NCBI GenBank assembly: GCA_044892525.1
Contig: CM097888.1
Span: 78,182,001 to 78,246,000, forward strand
Source: Schmidtea polychroa
Taxonomy: Eukaryota
Reading direction: 5' to 3'
DNA: 64,000 nucleotides
Shown: in pieces, positions 1-11,500 of the stretch
Layout: every line of letters begins with the position of its first letter
Numbering within the stretch: the first letter of the stretch is position 1
Notes under the pieces: model-generated
Told to the model about the DNA's origin: nothing
The model's input: the letters and a program-made list of their open reading frames with translations, nothing else
Databases searched by the model: none
Program-made: the position numbers and the translations under genes

Positions 1-108
1 ATGCAACTTGAAAGATGTAAAATTAAATCTAATTTAATAGTTAATTTTTTAATTAAATGAAAATATTAAATGAATGTATGTTATGGATTGATGTGGTATG
101 TAAATTCC

Positions 109-486
109 TTAATTGGTAAAAACTACTTTTTCTTGTTCATATTCTCTTTCCCAGACCGGTTCGAACTTTATCTGTCCTTCAGGATCAGAATCTACTTCAG
201 GCTTTGTCCATATTTCATGTTGTTGTTCTTTCGTATGATATTTATTTACAATTTTTGTTTTACATTCTTTATCACAAATTTTATGTTTTATTCCTTTACA
301 TTTTTTTTCATGAAGTGTAAAGAAATTTGTTAAATATCTTTTTCCACATTTTTCACATAGCGTAGAATTCTCATCATTCAACCCAACATTTTTCAAAAGA
401 TGAGCTCTTGATCTTTGATGAGATAACAGAGCTGTATTAGTTCGAACAATTTAATTACAAGGTTCACAAATTTTTTGAGTACTCAT
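109..486 (-). pseudogene. Small zinc-finger ORF (C2H2 plus C2HC fingers) interrupted by one in-frame TAA
   Basis: Extending ORF 109..396 upstream in frame gives ATG at 486: MSTQKICEPCN*IVRTNTALLSHQRSRAHLLKNVG...CEKCGKRYLTNFFTLHEKKC. The first finger has C-x2-C-x12-H-x5-H spacing, with TAA at 451-453 inside it. The second is C-x2-C...H-x3-C. Confidence 0.55.
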
Positions 487-1529
487 TATTTTTAATATTT
501 TTTATTTGGTAACCTTTATATTTATAGTTTAATAAACAAACATGAATGGGGGGGGGGATAACTTGAGGTATAAATATTGTCATTTCTACAAGTTTGAAAT
601 TAGATGGTTTTACCGCAGATTTTTTACATGTGATCTAAAATGAGATAAATAAGCCAATGGCACATGAAAAATTCTCTAATTTTTTCGTTTACCCCTTTAT
701 CTATTTAATGCTTTATATTCAAACATTTTGTAAAGACATGTTACACATGCACATCCAGGTTTTCATTTTATATAGGATGAATAAGCTGATGGTCTCTGTC
801 AAGATTTTCGTTCACAGCAAAGTTTTCGTTCTTCTCGTGATATCAATTTATTAGACAACCTTTATTTTTATCGATTCATTTTGTTTTCTCACAAGTTTCT
901 CCAACATCATCAGATTTCATCATGAGGAAATTCTTGGTTGAAAATTTTGGGTGTAAAAACATAATGGAAATTTTACTATGAAAAGTAATATTCCTAAGTT
1001 CAAGCTATGTTGATAGGACGATATTTTTAATTGAAGAGCTTATTAATAAAATACTAAATTAAAAAAGATTATTTATTATTTCAAATAATTCTTGTAATCT
1101 GTTTTTTGTCCTTTTATTTCTGGCTTCATTGGAATTCACAATCGGTTTAAAATTAAATTTTGGATTCTTTAAAAATCCTGGATCAGCAATTCCTAATCGA
1201 TTTTAGAATCATTTTCAACCTGTAAATTTTCATTTTCATCCCCCAGAATTTCTTTTCATCTATTTTCATCTATTACAAGGCTAATTAATTTTTGAGTGGC
1301 AGGAATCATAGCAACAAGTTGTTTTCCTCTTTTAACCTTTGATTGGTTTTTTTGATTATTAATTTAAAGGATTTGGTATTTTTCCCTTATAAGGCAACAT
1401 ATACTACTCATTAAAAATATTTATTTAATTTTAAATAAAATATAAATTTCAAAAAATGCCAGTACTGTTTATAGTATGCTATAAATGGATATTCGAAACA
1501 CCACCTAAGTACACTCATAATTTACAGAG

Positions 1530-2250
1530 AATCTTATAAGACTTGGTGGCAATGGCATCGTGTGTCAATCGACTAATCAATGTTTAAGTATAAACAAAAG
1601 TACCACAGAGGCCGGTTTCCAGCTTCGAAAAGATGGATGTTTGGTGTAGTCGATACATCTTCCACACCTGAAAAATGTTACGTTCTGCAAGTGTATTATA
1701 AAAAGTGTTTGTCGTCCTGGTTCTATGATTTGGAGTGATGAATGGTTGGCTTACAATCAATTATCGAACGAAGGATATGGACATCAAACAGTTAATCACA
1801 GCATAATATTCATAAACCCTGTTAACCTAGTTCAGTGGTGGCCAACCCAAATCAATCGAAGGGACAAATTTTCGGAAAAATACTATCACATGCCACGATA
1901 AATTCATTTAAATAAATATAACTCGTTTTTACGATTCAAGTAAACTTAGAATCAAGTTTTTAAATTAGAAACATGCTTAATTCGAATATGAATTCTAAAA
2001 AAGACAATTATTGATTTGATGTTTAAAATTGTGTCCGGGCCACATCAAAACGCTTCGCGGGCCACCGGTTGGCCATGGCTGACCTAGTTAATACTCAAAC
2101 TATCAAATTATTGTGGAATAAACTCAAACGACGAATACGAAGAATGATGGGTTTGAGCAGCATTTACTGGAATAGCATTTAAATAATTGTATGTGGAAGG
2201 ATAATCTTGGAAACAGAGGCTTTAATAATTTATTAAATTTAATTCGATAA
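1530..2250 (+). mobile_element. Degenerate Merlin (IS1595/ISXO2-like DDE) transposase relic
   Basis: Frameshifted translation gives RLGGNGIVCQ(I)D*SMFKYKQKYHRGR...WMFGVVD...IWSDEWLAYNQLSNEGYGHQTVNHSIIFINPVN/LVNTQTIKLLWNKLKRR. This matches the Merlin motifs (ID-ES, KYxRGR, SDxWxAY, HxTVNHS, TQxIExxW). It is split by the hAT MITE at 1833-2081. Confidence 0.85.
1833..2081. mobile_element. hAT-type MITE (249 bp) inserted in the Merlin relic
   Basis: Imperfect 15-bp TIR cagtggtggccaacc / ggttggccatggctg. Exact 8-bp TSD acctagtt at 1825-1832 and 2082-2089. Removing the element and one TSD restores the Merlin frame (PVNLVNTQ). Confidence 0.9.
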
Positions 2251-2368
2251 TATTTTTATTTATTTATTCTTTATTTTAATACTATTTTTTATTTATTTAT
2301 AATTATTAATTATTTTTTTAAAAAATAAAGGGAAAAAATATCAGATCCAATTTAAATATTCTTTTTAA

Positions 2369-4764
2369 CACTAGGACGGCCAGAGCGGTTATTTTGACCG
2401 TTAAGCAATTTCATTTTTATTTTGTGAGAAAACGAAAAGGAATTAACGTCTCATATTTTGTGACAATTATTCATTTTTAGTGAACTTGTTGTGCATATCA
2501 AAGCTTCAATTATAGCATTTGTCACGACTGAGATAATGAGGCCATCCCCATGGAAGGCCGAACCGGTCAATTTGACCGGTATATTGAAACACACAAGAAA
2601 GTCACACATAATCATCTTACATACTAGAAAATATAAAACCAAATATAATTTACACACAACCGAAGCATTTAACAGTCATTTGGGAATGTTTTCCACAGTA
2701 AACTTTACTACATACATGGCATATAGCTCCGGATTTGTTATGACAATGAGGAGCAGAACAAGTTTTTCGCTTCTTTAATTTTGGTTGTTCAGAACAGAGT
2801 TCACCAGAGATGGGACTTGCTGTTCGACGGCTTTTGAACTCCTCACAAAGAGATGTAGCTAATTCAAAAATAAAATCCCTTCTTTTTACAGTTGATCCCG
2901 TAGCATCTTTGAAAATAACATGAGCGTTGAGAGCTGCTTTATCAAGCAAATCATAGAAAGTAGCGACTGGCCATCTTGCTGTTGCGGCTTTACTGCTGTA
3001 TAAACGCAACATGCTATCCATGGTATCTACAGCTGTCTTATTTTTGTTATAAAAGTGTATCATTTCAGGCTTTCTCTTTTCGTCAGATCTCACACTAGCA
3101 GTAGAATGGAATGTTGACATGACAATGACTTTCTTGTCCGATTTGCCTTGATAGGAAACAGTGACAGTGTTTTGACACGATAAATGAGTCGATTCAAAAA
3201 GAGGCTTTTTCTCCAAGTGAGCTGATGATAAAAAGCGTGAATTTAATCTTACAGTACCAACCAATGTTGTTCGATTTACAAGGAGATGTTCAGCTAGTGA
3301 GAGACTTGTAAAGAAATTGTCAGTGCAGACATTGTATCCTTTATTGAAAAATGGCTCCATTAGTTTCCTGACTACAAAATCACCCAGCCGTAATCCACAG
3401 CGTTCGTTTCTATCGTGAGCCCCTAAATATGGCATTTGATTGATGACAAATTTGGTTTTGACATCACTGAGAATCCAGTATTTGATACCGAATTTATCAG
3501 GCTTATTTGGCATAAATTGGATGAAGCAACACCTATTTTTTAGCGGCAAAAGTTGCTCGTCGACAGTAAGGAAGGGATTAGGAGTATAAACTTGAAGACA
3601 GTTTGAAACAAACAAGTCAAATATTTCACGAAAATGGGCATATTTATCTTGTTCTACTCTTTGACGTCGAGAACATTGTTCATCAAAACGAAGAAAGCGC
3701 AGTATCTCACGGAAACGGTTCCGAGACATGACTTCTCTGAAGTAAGGAGATCCAAATTGAGATGACCAGATTGAATTGATAGAATGTCGGCGAAAGCCTA
3801 ACACACCACGGAGATACAGCAATCCAAGAAAAGCATCTAATTCTTGTAGACTGATACACCAGTCTGACGAAGCTTCTTTTCCTTTCATAATTGTGTATTT
3901 TTGAATTAACTTCAGCATTCCCTCAGAGACTATCAAGCGCCAAGCGCTCAGGGGTGAGTCAATTTTGCGCTTTGCAAAAGCTTTCACACCAGGTGTTCCA
4001 CTAAAAATATTGTGCGCAGGGAATCTGCCAACACTAATAGCGTGATTGTTTTCTACTTGATTCCAAAGAGTGCCATCCCTGCCAGATAAAAGCTGATTTT
4101 CTAATGAAGAAATTGAGCTATTGACTGACTCATTGTCACTTTCTAACGAACTTCCATTATCATCAGAGTTCCATTCATGTAACTCTTCGTCAGAATCATT
4201 TCTTTCGGGCTCATCATCACTTCCCATAGGCTGATCTTCATCTTCGGAGAGAGCAGCGTCAATATTCCATAGCTTCTGTAAAGCACGTTGAGCAGCAATT
4301 CTTTTAGTTGGCATATTTGATTCTAAAATAATGATAAAAACTCCGTCAGTAAAATAAGAAACGTCAAATTTATTATTGGATTCTAATGAAAACACGGTTT
4401 TATAATGTTTGTTACACTTTTAATAAGCACTATCTTTGAATAAAAGCAAGAGAATATTTATAAACAAGAAATGAAGTATACATACATACCAGTCTGAATA
4501 AACGCGAAGACAATGTTTAAAATAGTGTAGCTTTGTGTCAGCTAAACAAATATTTTTATTTCATTGTTGTAAGTAGTTTAATAAATTAACTACTGTTAGA
4601 ATAAAAATAGTTAAATTTTGAAAGCGTGTTAGTAGCACAAAGAAAGTATTGCTAAATGAGTTGCATCATAGAAATCTCAGCATGAAAATAAGGAGCATAT
4701 GTGCACCGGTCAAATTGACCGGTTTGGCCTTCCAAGGTATAAAATATTTCCGGCCGTCCTAGTG
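2369..4764 (-). mobile_element. Full-length piggyBac DNA transposon (2396 bp)
   Basis: TTAA at 2365-2368 and 4765-4768. Perfect 13-bp TIR CACTAGGACGGCC (2369-2381 / 4752-4764). 30-bp subterminal inverted repeats 2551-2580 / 4705-4734 (29/30). Intact transposase inside. Confidence 0.97.
2650..4314 (-). CDS. piggyBac transposase (DDE_Tnp_1_7-type, 554 aa from first ATG)
   Basis: Open frame with acidic N-terminus, catalytic motifs TVDEQL, CTDNFFTS and YNKNKTAVDTMD, a basic KLKKRK motif, and a C-terminal Cys-rich domain CSAPHC...CHVCSKVYCGKH...CFGC. The ORF track starts at an upstream GTG (4395); the first ATG is at 4314. Confidence 0.95.
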   Translation of the reverse strand: MPTKRIAAQRALQKLWNIDAALSEDEDQPMGSDDEPERNDSDEELHEWNSDDNGSSLESDNESVNSSISSLENQLLSGRDGTLWNQVENNHAISVGRFPAHNIFSGTPGVKAFAKRKIDSPLSAWRLIVSEGMLKLIQKYTIMKGKEASSDWCISLQELDAFLGLLYLRGVLGFRRHSINSIWSSQFGSPYFREVMSRNRFREILRFLRFDEQCSRRQRVEQDKYAHFREIFDLFVSNCLQVYTPNPFLTVDEQLLPLKNRCCFIQFMPNKPDKFGIKYWILSDVKTKFVINQMPYLGAHDRNERCGLRLGDFVVRKLMEPFFNKGYNVCTDNFFTSLSLAEHLLVNRTTLVGTVRLNSRFLSSAHLEKKPLFESTHLSCQNTVTVSYQGKSDKKVIVMSTFHSTASVRSDEKRKPEMIHFYNKNKTAVDTMDSMLRLYSSKAATARWPVATFYDLLDKAALNAHVIFKDATGSTVKRRDFIFELATSLCEEFKSRRTASPISGELCSEQPKLKKRKTCSAPHCHNKSGAICHVCSKVYCGKHSQMTVKCFGCV

Positions 4765-4769
4765 TTAAT

Positions 4770-5215
4770 GAGTTAGAGTTTTTCTAATACGGATGCATTT
4801 TTCAAGGAGTGCATCAGACGATTCATATTGATCCAAAAACTGGGAAATTGAAGACCAAGTTGTTATTATTATGACAGAAAATTCAGAAAATGAATGACCA
4901 AATAATTCGAACGAAATTCTAAATATTATACACAACCAAAATTTTAAAAAGAAAACCAACTTTTAAATAAAAGATGGGGTAATTCTAATGGCAGATAATA
5001 CGATTTGGATACCCAATAGTCGACGAATAGATTTTGGTGACAAAATACCACACAAAAATGTGTCATGGCAAATCAATGAAAGTGGAAAAATATATAGCAA
5101 ATATTTTTTAAATGAAAAATATGAGACAACCAATACAAGACGTGATTCAAGGTTGTGAAGATTTTGATGTGGTATGCAAATTCCTTCTGCTTACATTACT
5201 CGACATTGAATAAAA
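4770..5215 (+). mobile_element. Degenerate Gypsy-like LTR retrotransposon pol fragment (end of RNase H to integrase zinc-binding region)
   Basis: Frameshifted motifs NTDAF(S)R (ADALSR-like), IKDGVILMADNTIWIPNSRR, H...HG, and KNMRQPIQDVIQGCED, in the expected order. Confidence 0.6.
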
Positions 5216-5532
5216 TTTCTCATGAAGATTTGTTAAAATATTACAAATAAATTATATTGTTTTTAAATTTAATAAATATTTAACTATCGATGTTAATAAT
5301 ACCAAAAGCATAACAANNNNNNNNNNNNNNNNNNNNNNNNNNNNNNNNNNNNNNNNNNNNNNNNNNNNNNNNNNNNNNNNNNNNNNNNNNNNNNNNNNNN
5401 NNNNNNNNNNNNNNNNNNNNNNNNNNNNNNNNNNNNNNNNNNNNNNNNNNNNNNNNNNNNNNNNNNNNNNNNNNNNNNNNNNNNNNNNNNNNNNNNNNNN
5501 NNNNNNNNNNNNNNNNNNNCATTTTACAAAAA

Positions 5533-8500
5533 CTAAAACTTATTGTTGACTGTATTAATGTATTCTCTTAGGATAGTTGTTAGGTGGTACTTTTTTTCAG
5601 TCGAATGACAACCTAGAATCCACGATCTTGATCCACATTGAATTTGAAATGCCGAGTGCATGTCTGAATAAATTATTTCAAGAAATTACAATAATGATGA
5701 TTTTATCTTCTTTATTTTATTTTTTGTTAATATATTGCGTCATTAGCACGTTGCGGGATGCGTTGCGTTGCTCCTTTGAGCGCATCAGTAATCGTAATGA
5801 AATTATGAATAGTTTAAATATAAAAATTAGGTAAAAGCAAAAAAAAAGAAATTGAGTCCTTGGGGAAAAAACATGAAAATCTGCAAGATTCGAAACCTGT
5901 TAGTTCAAAGTGTTAGTAATCTTAAAAATGTTGAATTTAAACTACTTAAATATGTAAAATAATTAATAAAGTAGAATAAATAGTAATACTTAAAAGGCTT
6001 AAAGTAATCATTCACCCTGTTCTACTAGATAACACTTTCTATAATTTTAAAAAATCAATAAATTTTATAACATAAACTATAAAATTATAATAAAATAATT
6101 TAGAAATTTTTAAATATATTTATTGGAAAATATTTGAAAAAAAATTTTAATAAAAAATTTTTTTATTTAATAAAATTTGTGTAATTTATTTATTAAATCT
6201 ACTAATATCTACAGTTTTTCTATATTACCATACGGGAAAACTGTCGAAATATATTGTAACGAGTATGTTTGAGTGAAGCTTTCTAATAATGAAATCGTTG
6301 CCATGTTTATTTGATTATTTATTTTAATTATTTGAATAATTAAAAATTTAACATAAAATGATGAATTTATGTACCTTTTCTATCTGGAATATCATACAAT
6401 GAAATTTTTGATAAATCCAGCGCTTTTTCAAAGGAATGATTATGAATGATTGTCCTACAATATGGTTGCAATTCCCTCGTGATTCTTGTTAGAATGATCG
6501 AGTCGTTGAACATAAATAATCCGCAATCTTTTGCCTGTCGGTAAAATCTAAAAGTATCTAATTAAAACAATGAAACCCATAAATTTATACCGAAAGTCAG
6601 GGTCGATTGATTTGGTGTTAGTTGACGGCATATATAAGCATAGATTCTCCTTTGTAATAAAATATCTTCCTGGTTCAATCAAAATCTTAATCAAATCAGT
6701 TGGGAAAACCATTGTAAAAATCTTACCGGACAATTAATTATGCTTTCTTCAATTTCCTTGAACTTTTTTGCTCTGCTAATTCTGGATTTCTCCTTAAAAC
6801 AAAAATTATGTATCCGCGCGATTGATGAGGTCAAAGGTGAATTCCATATATTTAAACCTGATAAAGGTGTCAGAAATTCACAAGCATTGAAATGTGTTTT
6901 ACTTTATTTTTTCTTCATTTAAAGAATGATCAGAAAATCATCGTTAAATTGAAAATAAATTGTTACCTACAGTGTAAATTGGATAAAAAAGGAAATTGAA
7001 ATTGAAAACGATCAAACAATGATGAAGAAGATAAAAGATTTATTTTATGCATATACATTTTGGATTATAGTTTTTGTCAAGCTTTTCAGGAAACTCCAAT
7101 TCCATGCAGGATTTGTAAGGACCGACTCTATTGTACATAATATGCAGATATTTCCAATACATAGGGTCCACAATATCCAGGTTTTATTGAATTAACATGT
7201 TTATTTGATGTAATATAATTTTGTTTATTTCATTTCCTTTCATGTTTTGTTTTTATTTTATTTATTTTTTAGCTAGTCATTTCATTTTTTTTATTAAACA
7301 ATTTCAAAAAGTCAATATGCTGGAAATAAATAAAACGATATCTACAAATTAAGAATTGTTAAGAATTCCAAACATTCTTTTCTTTTATTTCAACTAATTA
7401 GGATATATTACATTTTTTCATATATTATATCATATATTAGACAAAAGAACTATTTTATAATTAATACATAAATATTTCATGAAGTACTGATTCTTGTAGT
7501 TAAATAAAAAAATATTGTTTAATTTATTTTATAGATTTTTCATCTTGTTGAGTGACCTTGACATTTAATAGTGTTTTGTTTTTGTTTTAATAATCATTCA
7601 ATATTTAATATAATGTTAATTAAAATTTTTAAAATGTTTAATTAATATTGTATTTATTAAAAAGCTTGACTATGAATAAGTAAAGATATCGATGTTCGAT
7701 TCACGAATTTTCGGCACTGCCTTTTTAATTAATAATTTTTATATAAATTTTTCAGATCAAATTATTATTATTCTAATTAAAATTAAGATTAAGATTAAAA
7801 TAAAATGAAAATGATAAACTATTAAATGTGATTGTTATTACATAATAATGAAAACAGTGGATTATAATTTCGAAAAAAGGGAAAATTTTGTAATAAATGA
7901 AAAGCTACATTTAATGTAGAAAACTTCTAGAGACAAATTGCACAAAAATCATATTCCTATATTAATCATAAATAAATTTAAATATTAAGAGTCGTTACCA
8001 AAAACAGAAATAAATAAAATAATAAATATTTGATAGAGTAACATATATGCTAACAAGCATTTATTTCTAATTTTTTTCCCGATAAAGTTGACAGAATCTT
8101 GGAGGTTAGGCAATATTGAAGAGAATAAATTAATTTTACCTGAACAATGATTTTGTTTATTTTTGTTAGACCACCTAGAGACCTTCTAAGATGCTCGATA
8201 TCAGCATGTTCTGGTGGAGTATTAGAGAGAGCCCAGTGAATAATACTCATATATTCAAGAATCCTATTGACTGGTTTGAGAAAAAGTTCATTTAACCTAA
8301 AATCTTTATTATTCCAATATAATAATGCATATTATACGATATCATTCCTGATTCAGGCTGGTTATCGTGCATAGCTAAAAAGTTTCTGAATTTCAAATTA
8401 GTTTCCCGACATCTTTCGATAGTTTCTAAACTGTTTGAATAGGAAATGAAAAATGTTCCATAGATTATCGAAATGTCATTGATATGGTTTTCTAGGAGAT

Positions 8501-11500
8501 CACCAATACAAGTCTCTGTTGACCACTGGCTTAATCTTGAGTCAAGATTTAAAATTAAACTTTCTGAAGGACCTATGAACATGAGAATGTCACCAAATAT
8601 CACCTACAATATCATGTAAGAATTAGTGAAATATTTAGTGTTATGTTTACCTGAATATTGTGAGGTCCCAATACCATTCTGTTTGACAGCAAAGCTCGTT
8701 TTAATGGCATATAATAGTAATCATTGATACATTTTATTATCTGTAAATATCGCTTTTCATTTAATAGTAGTTCTTTTATTACAGATTTTCTGAATAAATA
8801 TTTGGACTTCATATCCTATAAACATAAAATTAATTTATTTTGATACTTGATGTGAATTATTATTAATATTCTGTACGCTCAATCCATTTTGTACTTTTTA
8901 TGATAAATAAAAAACAATTAAAAAAATGCTTATTTATTATAAGAAATGATCATGAACATTTTAATTATTCAGGATGAACGTGAGCGCCGCCTGAAATGCA
9001 TTATTACATCCGACGTGACATTGGATCATACAAATGCTTTACGGTTTCTTTAGAAATAAGATTCCATTATTAATCAACCCGTAAATGCGCAATTAGTGAG
9101 AGATCTGGCCGACAAACCGGTCACGAAAGAATCTAAATCCTTCTTAATCTGTAGGAAGTGGCACTACCAGATTATCAATGATGTCTTTGGTGTAATGTTC
9201 TCTGTCTAACATTTCATGAACATCCCAAATTCATTTTTAACATCATTTCAGTTTTAAGAACCATGTTCCAAGATAAAGTCATTAAAAGATGTCCATAAAA
9301 AGTCATATAAATGGTCGTTTAATACTAAAGAGTTCACTATTTACGTTCAAACATAAAAATGACTCATTTCTAAATACATTTGACTCCAAATCAAAAGGTT
9401 TCAATGAGATCCTTCAAGATGACATTTTACAAAAAAAGACAAATTATTTATCTTAAGTTGGTAATAAGATAACAAGTGGAAAAAATTAACCATTATCATG
9501 AAGTGTCACTAAAAATGAAGAGGTGTCTGTGATAAAAAGAACTATAAAAGAAAATACAAGTTTAAATGTAGCTAAAAAAGAACGACAAAAACATAGAAGC
9601 CTAAAAACATAAAGGAAACGAGACAATTATAAATAAAGAAAAAAGGAAGAATTATTAATTGAATAGAGAAAATGAAGAAAGCAAATTAAATTTTAAATAG
9701 CACAAGTTAAGAAAGTGATGGGGAACCTGTGGCCTCCCGGAGCTTCACGTACGGCCTCCGGAGCTTTATCGAAATAAATCCTAATTTATAAAAAAAACCT
9801 TGAATCTTGAGGATTTACAAATAAAAATAAATAGTGAACTGTATATATACCGTACTGTACAAGCATCCCGTCGAGTACAAAGAATGAAATATAAAAGTCA
9901 ATCATTCACACCCATAAATACAAAACGTATGTACACAAATAAATAAGATTACTGAACACTCATTTGTGAAATGATGACTTATTTACATCAATTTTTCGAT
10001 TCAGAAATAATAAAAATTTTCCAGAATATTTCGTACAGCTGCATTTTTCAAATCTGGAGACCGATTATAAACATTATTTTAATTACTGTGTATAAACAAA
10101 AGATTTAAAATGAAATTGATTAATGTTAAAATACTTTATTACTGCGGCCCCATTTGGAGGCGACAAATTTCAATATGGCCTATGGAAATAAAAAGGTTCC
10201 CCACTCCAGAGTTAAGGCAATAAAATGAAACCCGACAATTTAAAAAATCTATTTTTACGAAATACTGAGACAATCTATTTTCAATTTCATTTAATTGCAA
10301 TGAATGCAATTGATTTAATTTAACAAATAATGCCTTATTTAAACCATTAACGATTTTAAAAATTTATCGATATGACTAGTAAATTTCATATACTACTCTT
10401 TTATCTCCAAACGAAATGGTAATTCCCTTTCTAAATGAACTAGTTTATTTATGGTTATTTCCATATCAACCATCATCGGAGATTTTCTTTTTTCCTGTTT
10501 CCCAGAAGGAAACCCGTTCAATTTCCCAATTTATTTCTCTTTTATTAGTTGAGCGCAAGACAAAAGAGCGAAAAAATAATTTTATTTAAAATTTTTATTT
10601 AATTAAAAATACAGAATTTTGAATTAAATATTCTGTATTATATATAAAATTTTAATTAATTAATTAGTTTGTATTTCTAAATTTACACCTTGGGAGTTCG
10701 TCATTGTTGTCATAAAAACACGCTTGGAGTCTGATCAATAAATGTTAACGCTAATTCACCTTTTGTATTTTTGATAATAAAATCTGTTGGTTTTTAAAGT
10801 CTTTATTTATTCTTAGAATTATGAGCTCAACAATATTTGAAAGAATTTTACCTGTTGAAATGAAATATTTTCATCGCAGTTCAAAACTATTTTGTCTTTC
10901 TTTTTATCTTTCTTTTTGTCTTTGTCTTTCTTTTTAGATTTATCTTTGTCTTTTTCTTTGTTTTTTTCTTTATCTTTTTTAACCTTTTCTTTTATTTTGT
11001 CTGTGTCTTTGAATTTATCTTTTTCCTAAATGAATTTATAAAATATTTAAGAATAATATTCAAATAAATATGATAGAAAGCCAAATAATTATTATTTTAA
11101 ATATTATTATTTAGGGTTTTATATATTTTATATTAGCGGTAATCCTGTGATATTCGACGTGCCATTTTGTGGTATTCACAAGGTTTACGAACATGATCGT
11201 ATGATTATTGGATTAAATTCCTGATAAAAGAATGATATTGAAAAGAGCCAAATAAGTACGAAACTAATCTGTCATCAAAAACTACAATACACCTGATTTT
11301 GATTTGAGTTTTTTTAATAATTATTGACGATATTGATATAGATTAATTGTAAGGTCTTTAGAAATCATATATAGCATTTAATACAATGCATCTGTATGTT
11401 AGGGAAAAGAAGGAGCAAGATTTATTGGCAAGTTGTGTCACGAATTACTATTCCAAGGTTTCCACTCTGTCCTAACTATGTCAGTGGGTTAATTTCATGG

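Noticed and set aside
451-453. In-frame TAA as evidence for a non-standard genetic code
   Set aside because: TAA ends the piggyBac transposase exactly after its Cys-rich domain. TAG ends ECT2L, and TGA ends KLHDC9, the Sox-like gene and the Penelope ORF. Long conserved exons contain no internal stops.
2369-2373. CACTA terminus suggesting an En/Spm (CACTA) transposon
   Set aside because: The TSD is TTAA and the encoded protein is a piggyBac DDD transposase, so the pentamer is coincidental.
2451-2778. ORFs 2451..2657 and 2491..2778 at the piggyBac 3' end
   Set aside because: They overlap the transposase end and subterminal repeats, with no recognisable domain.
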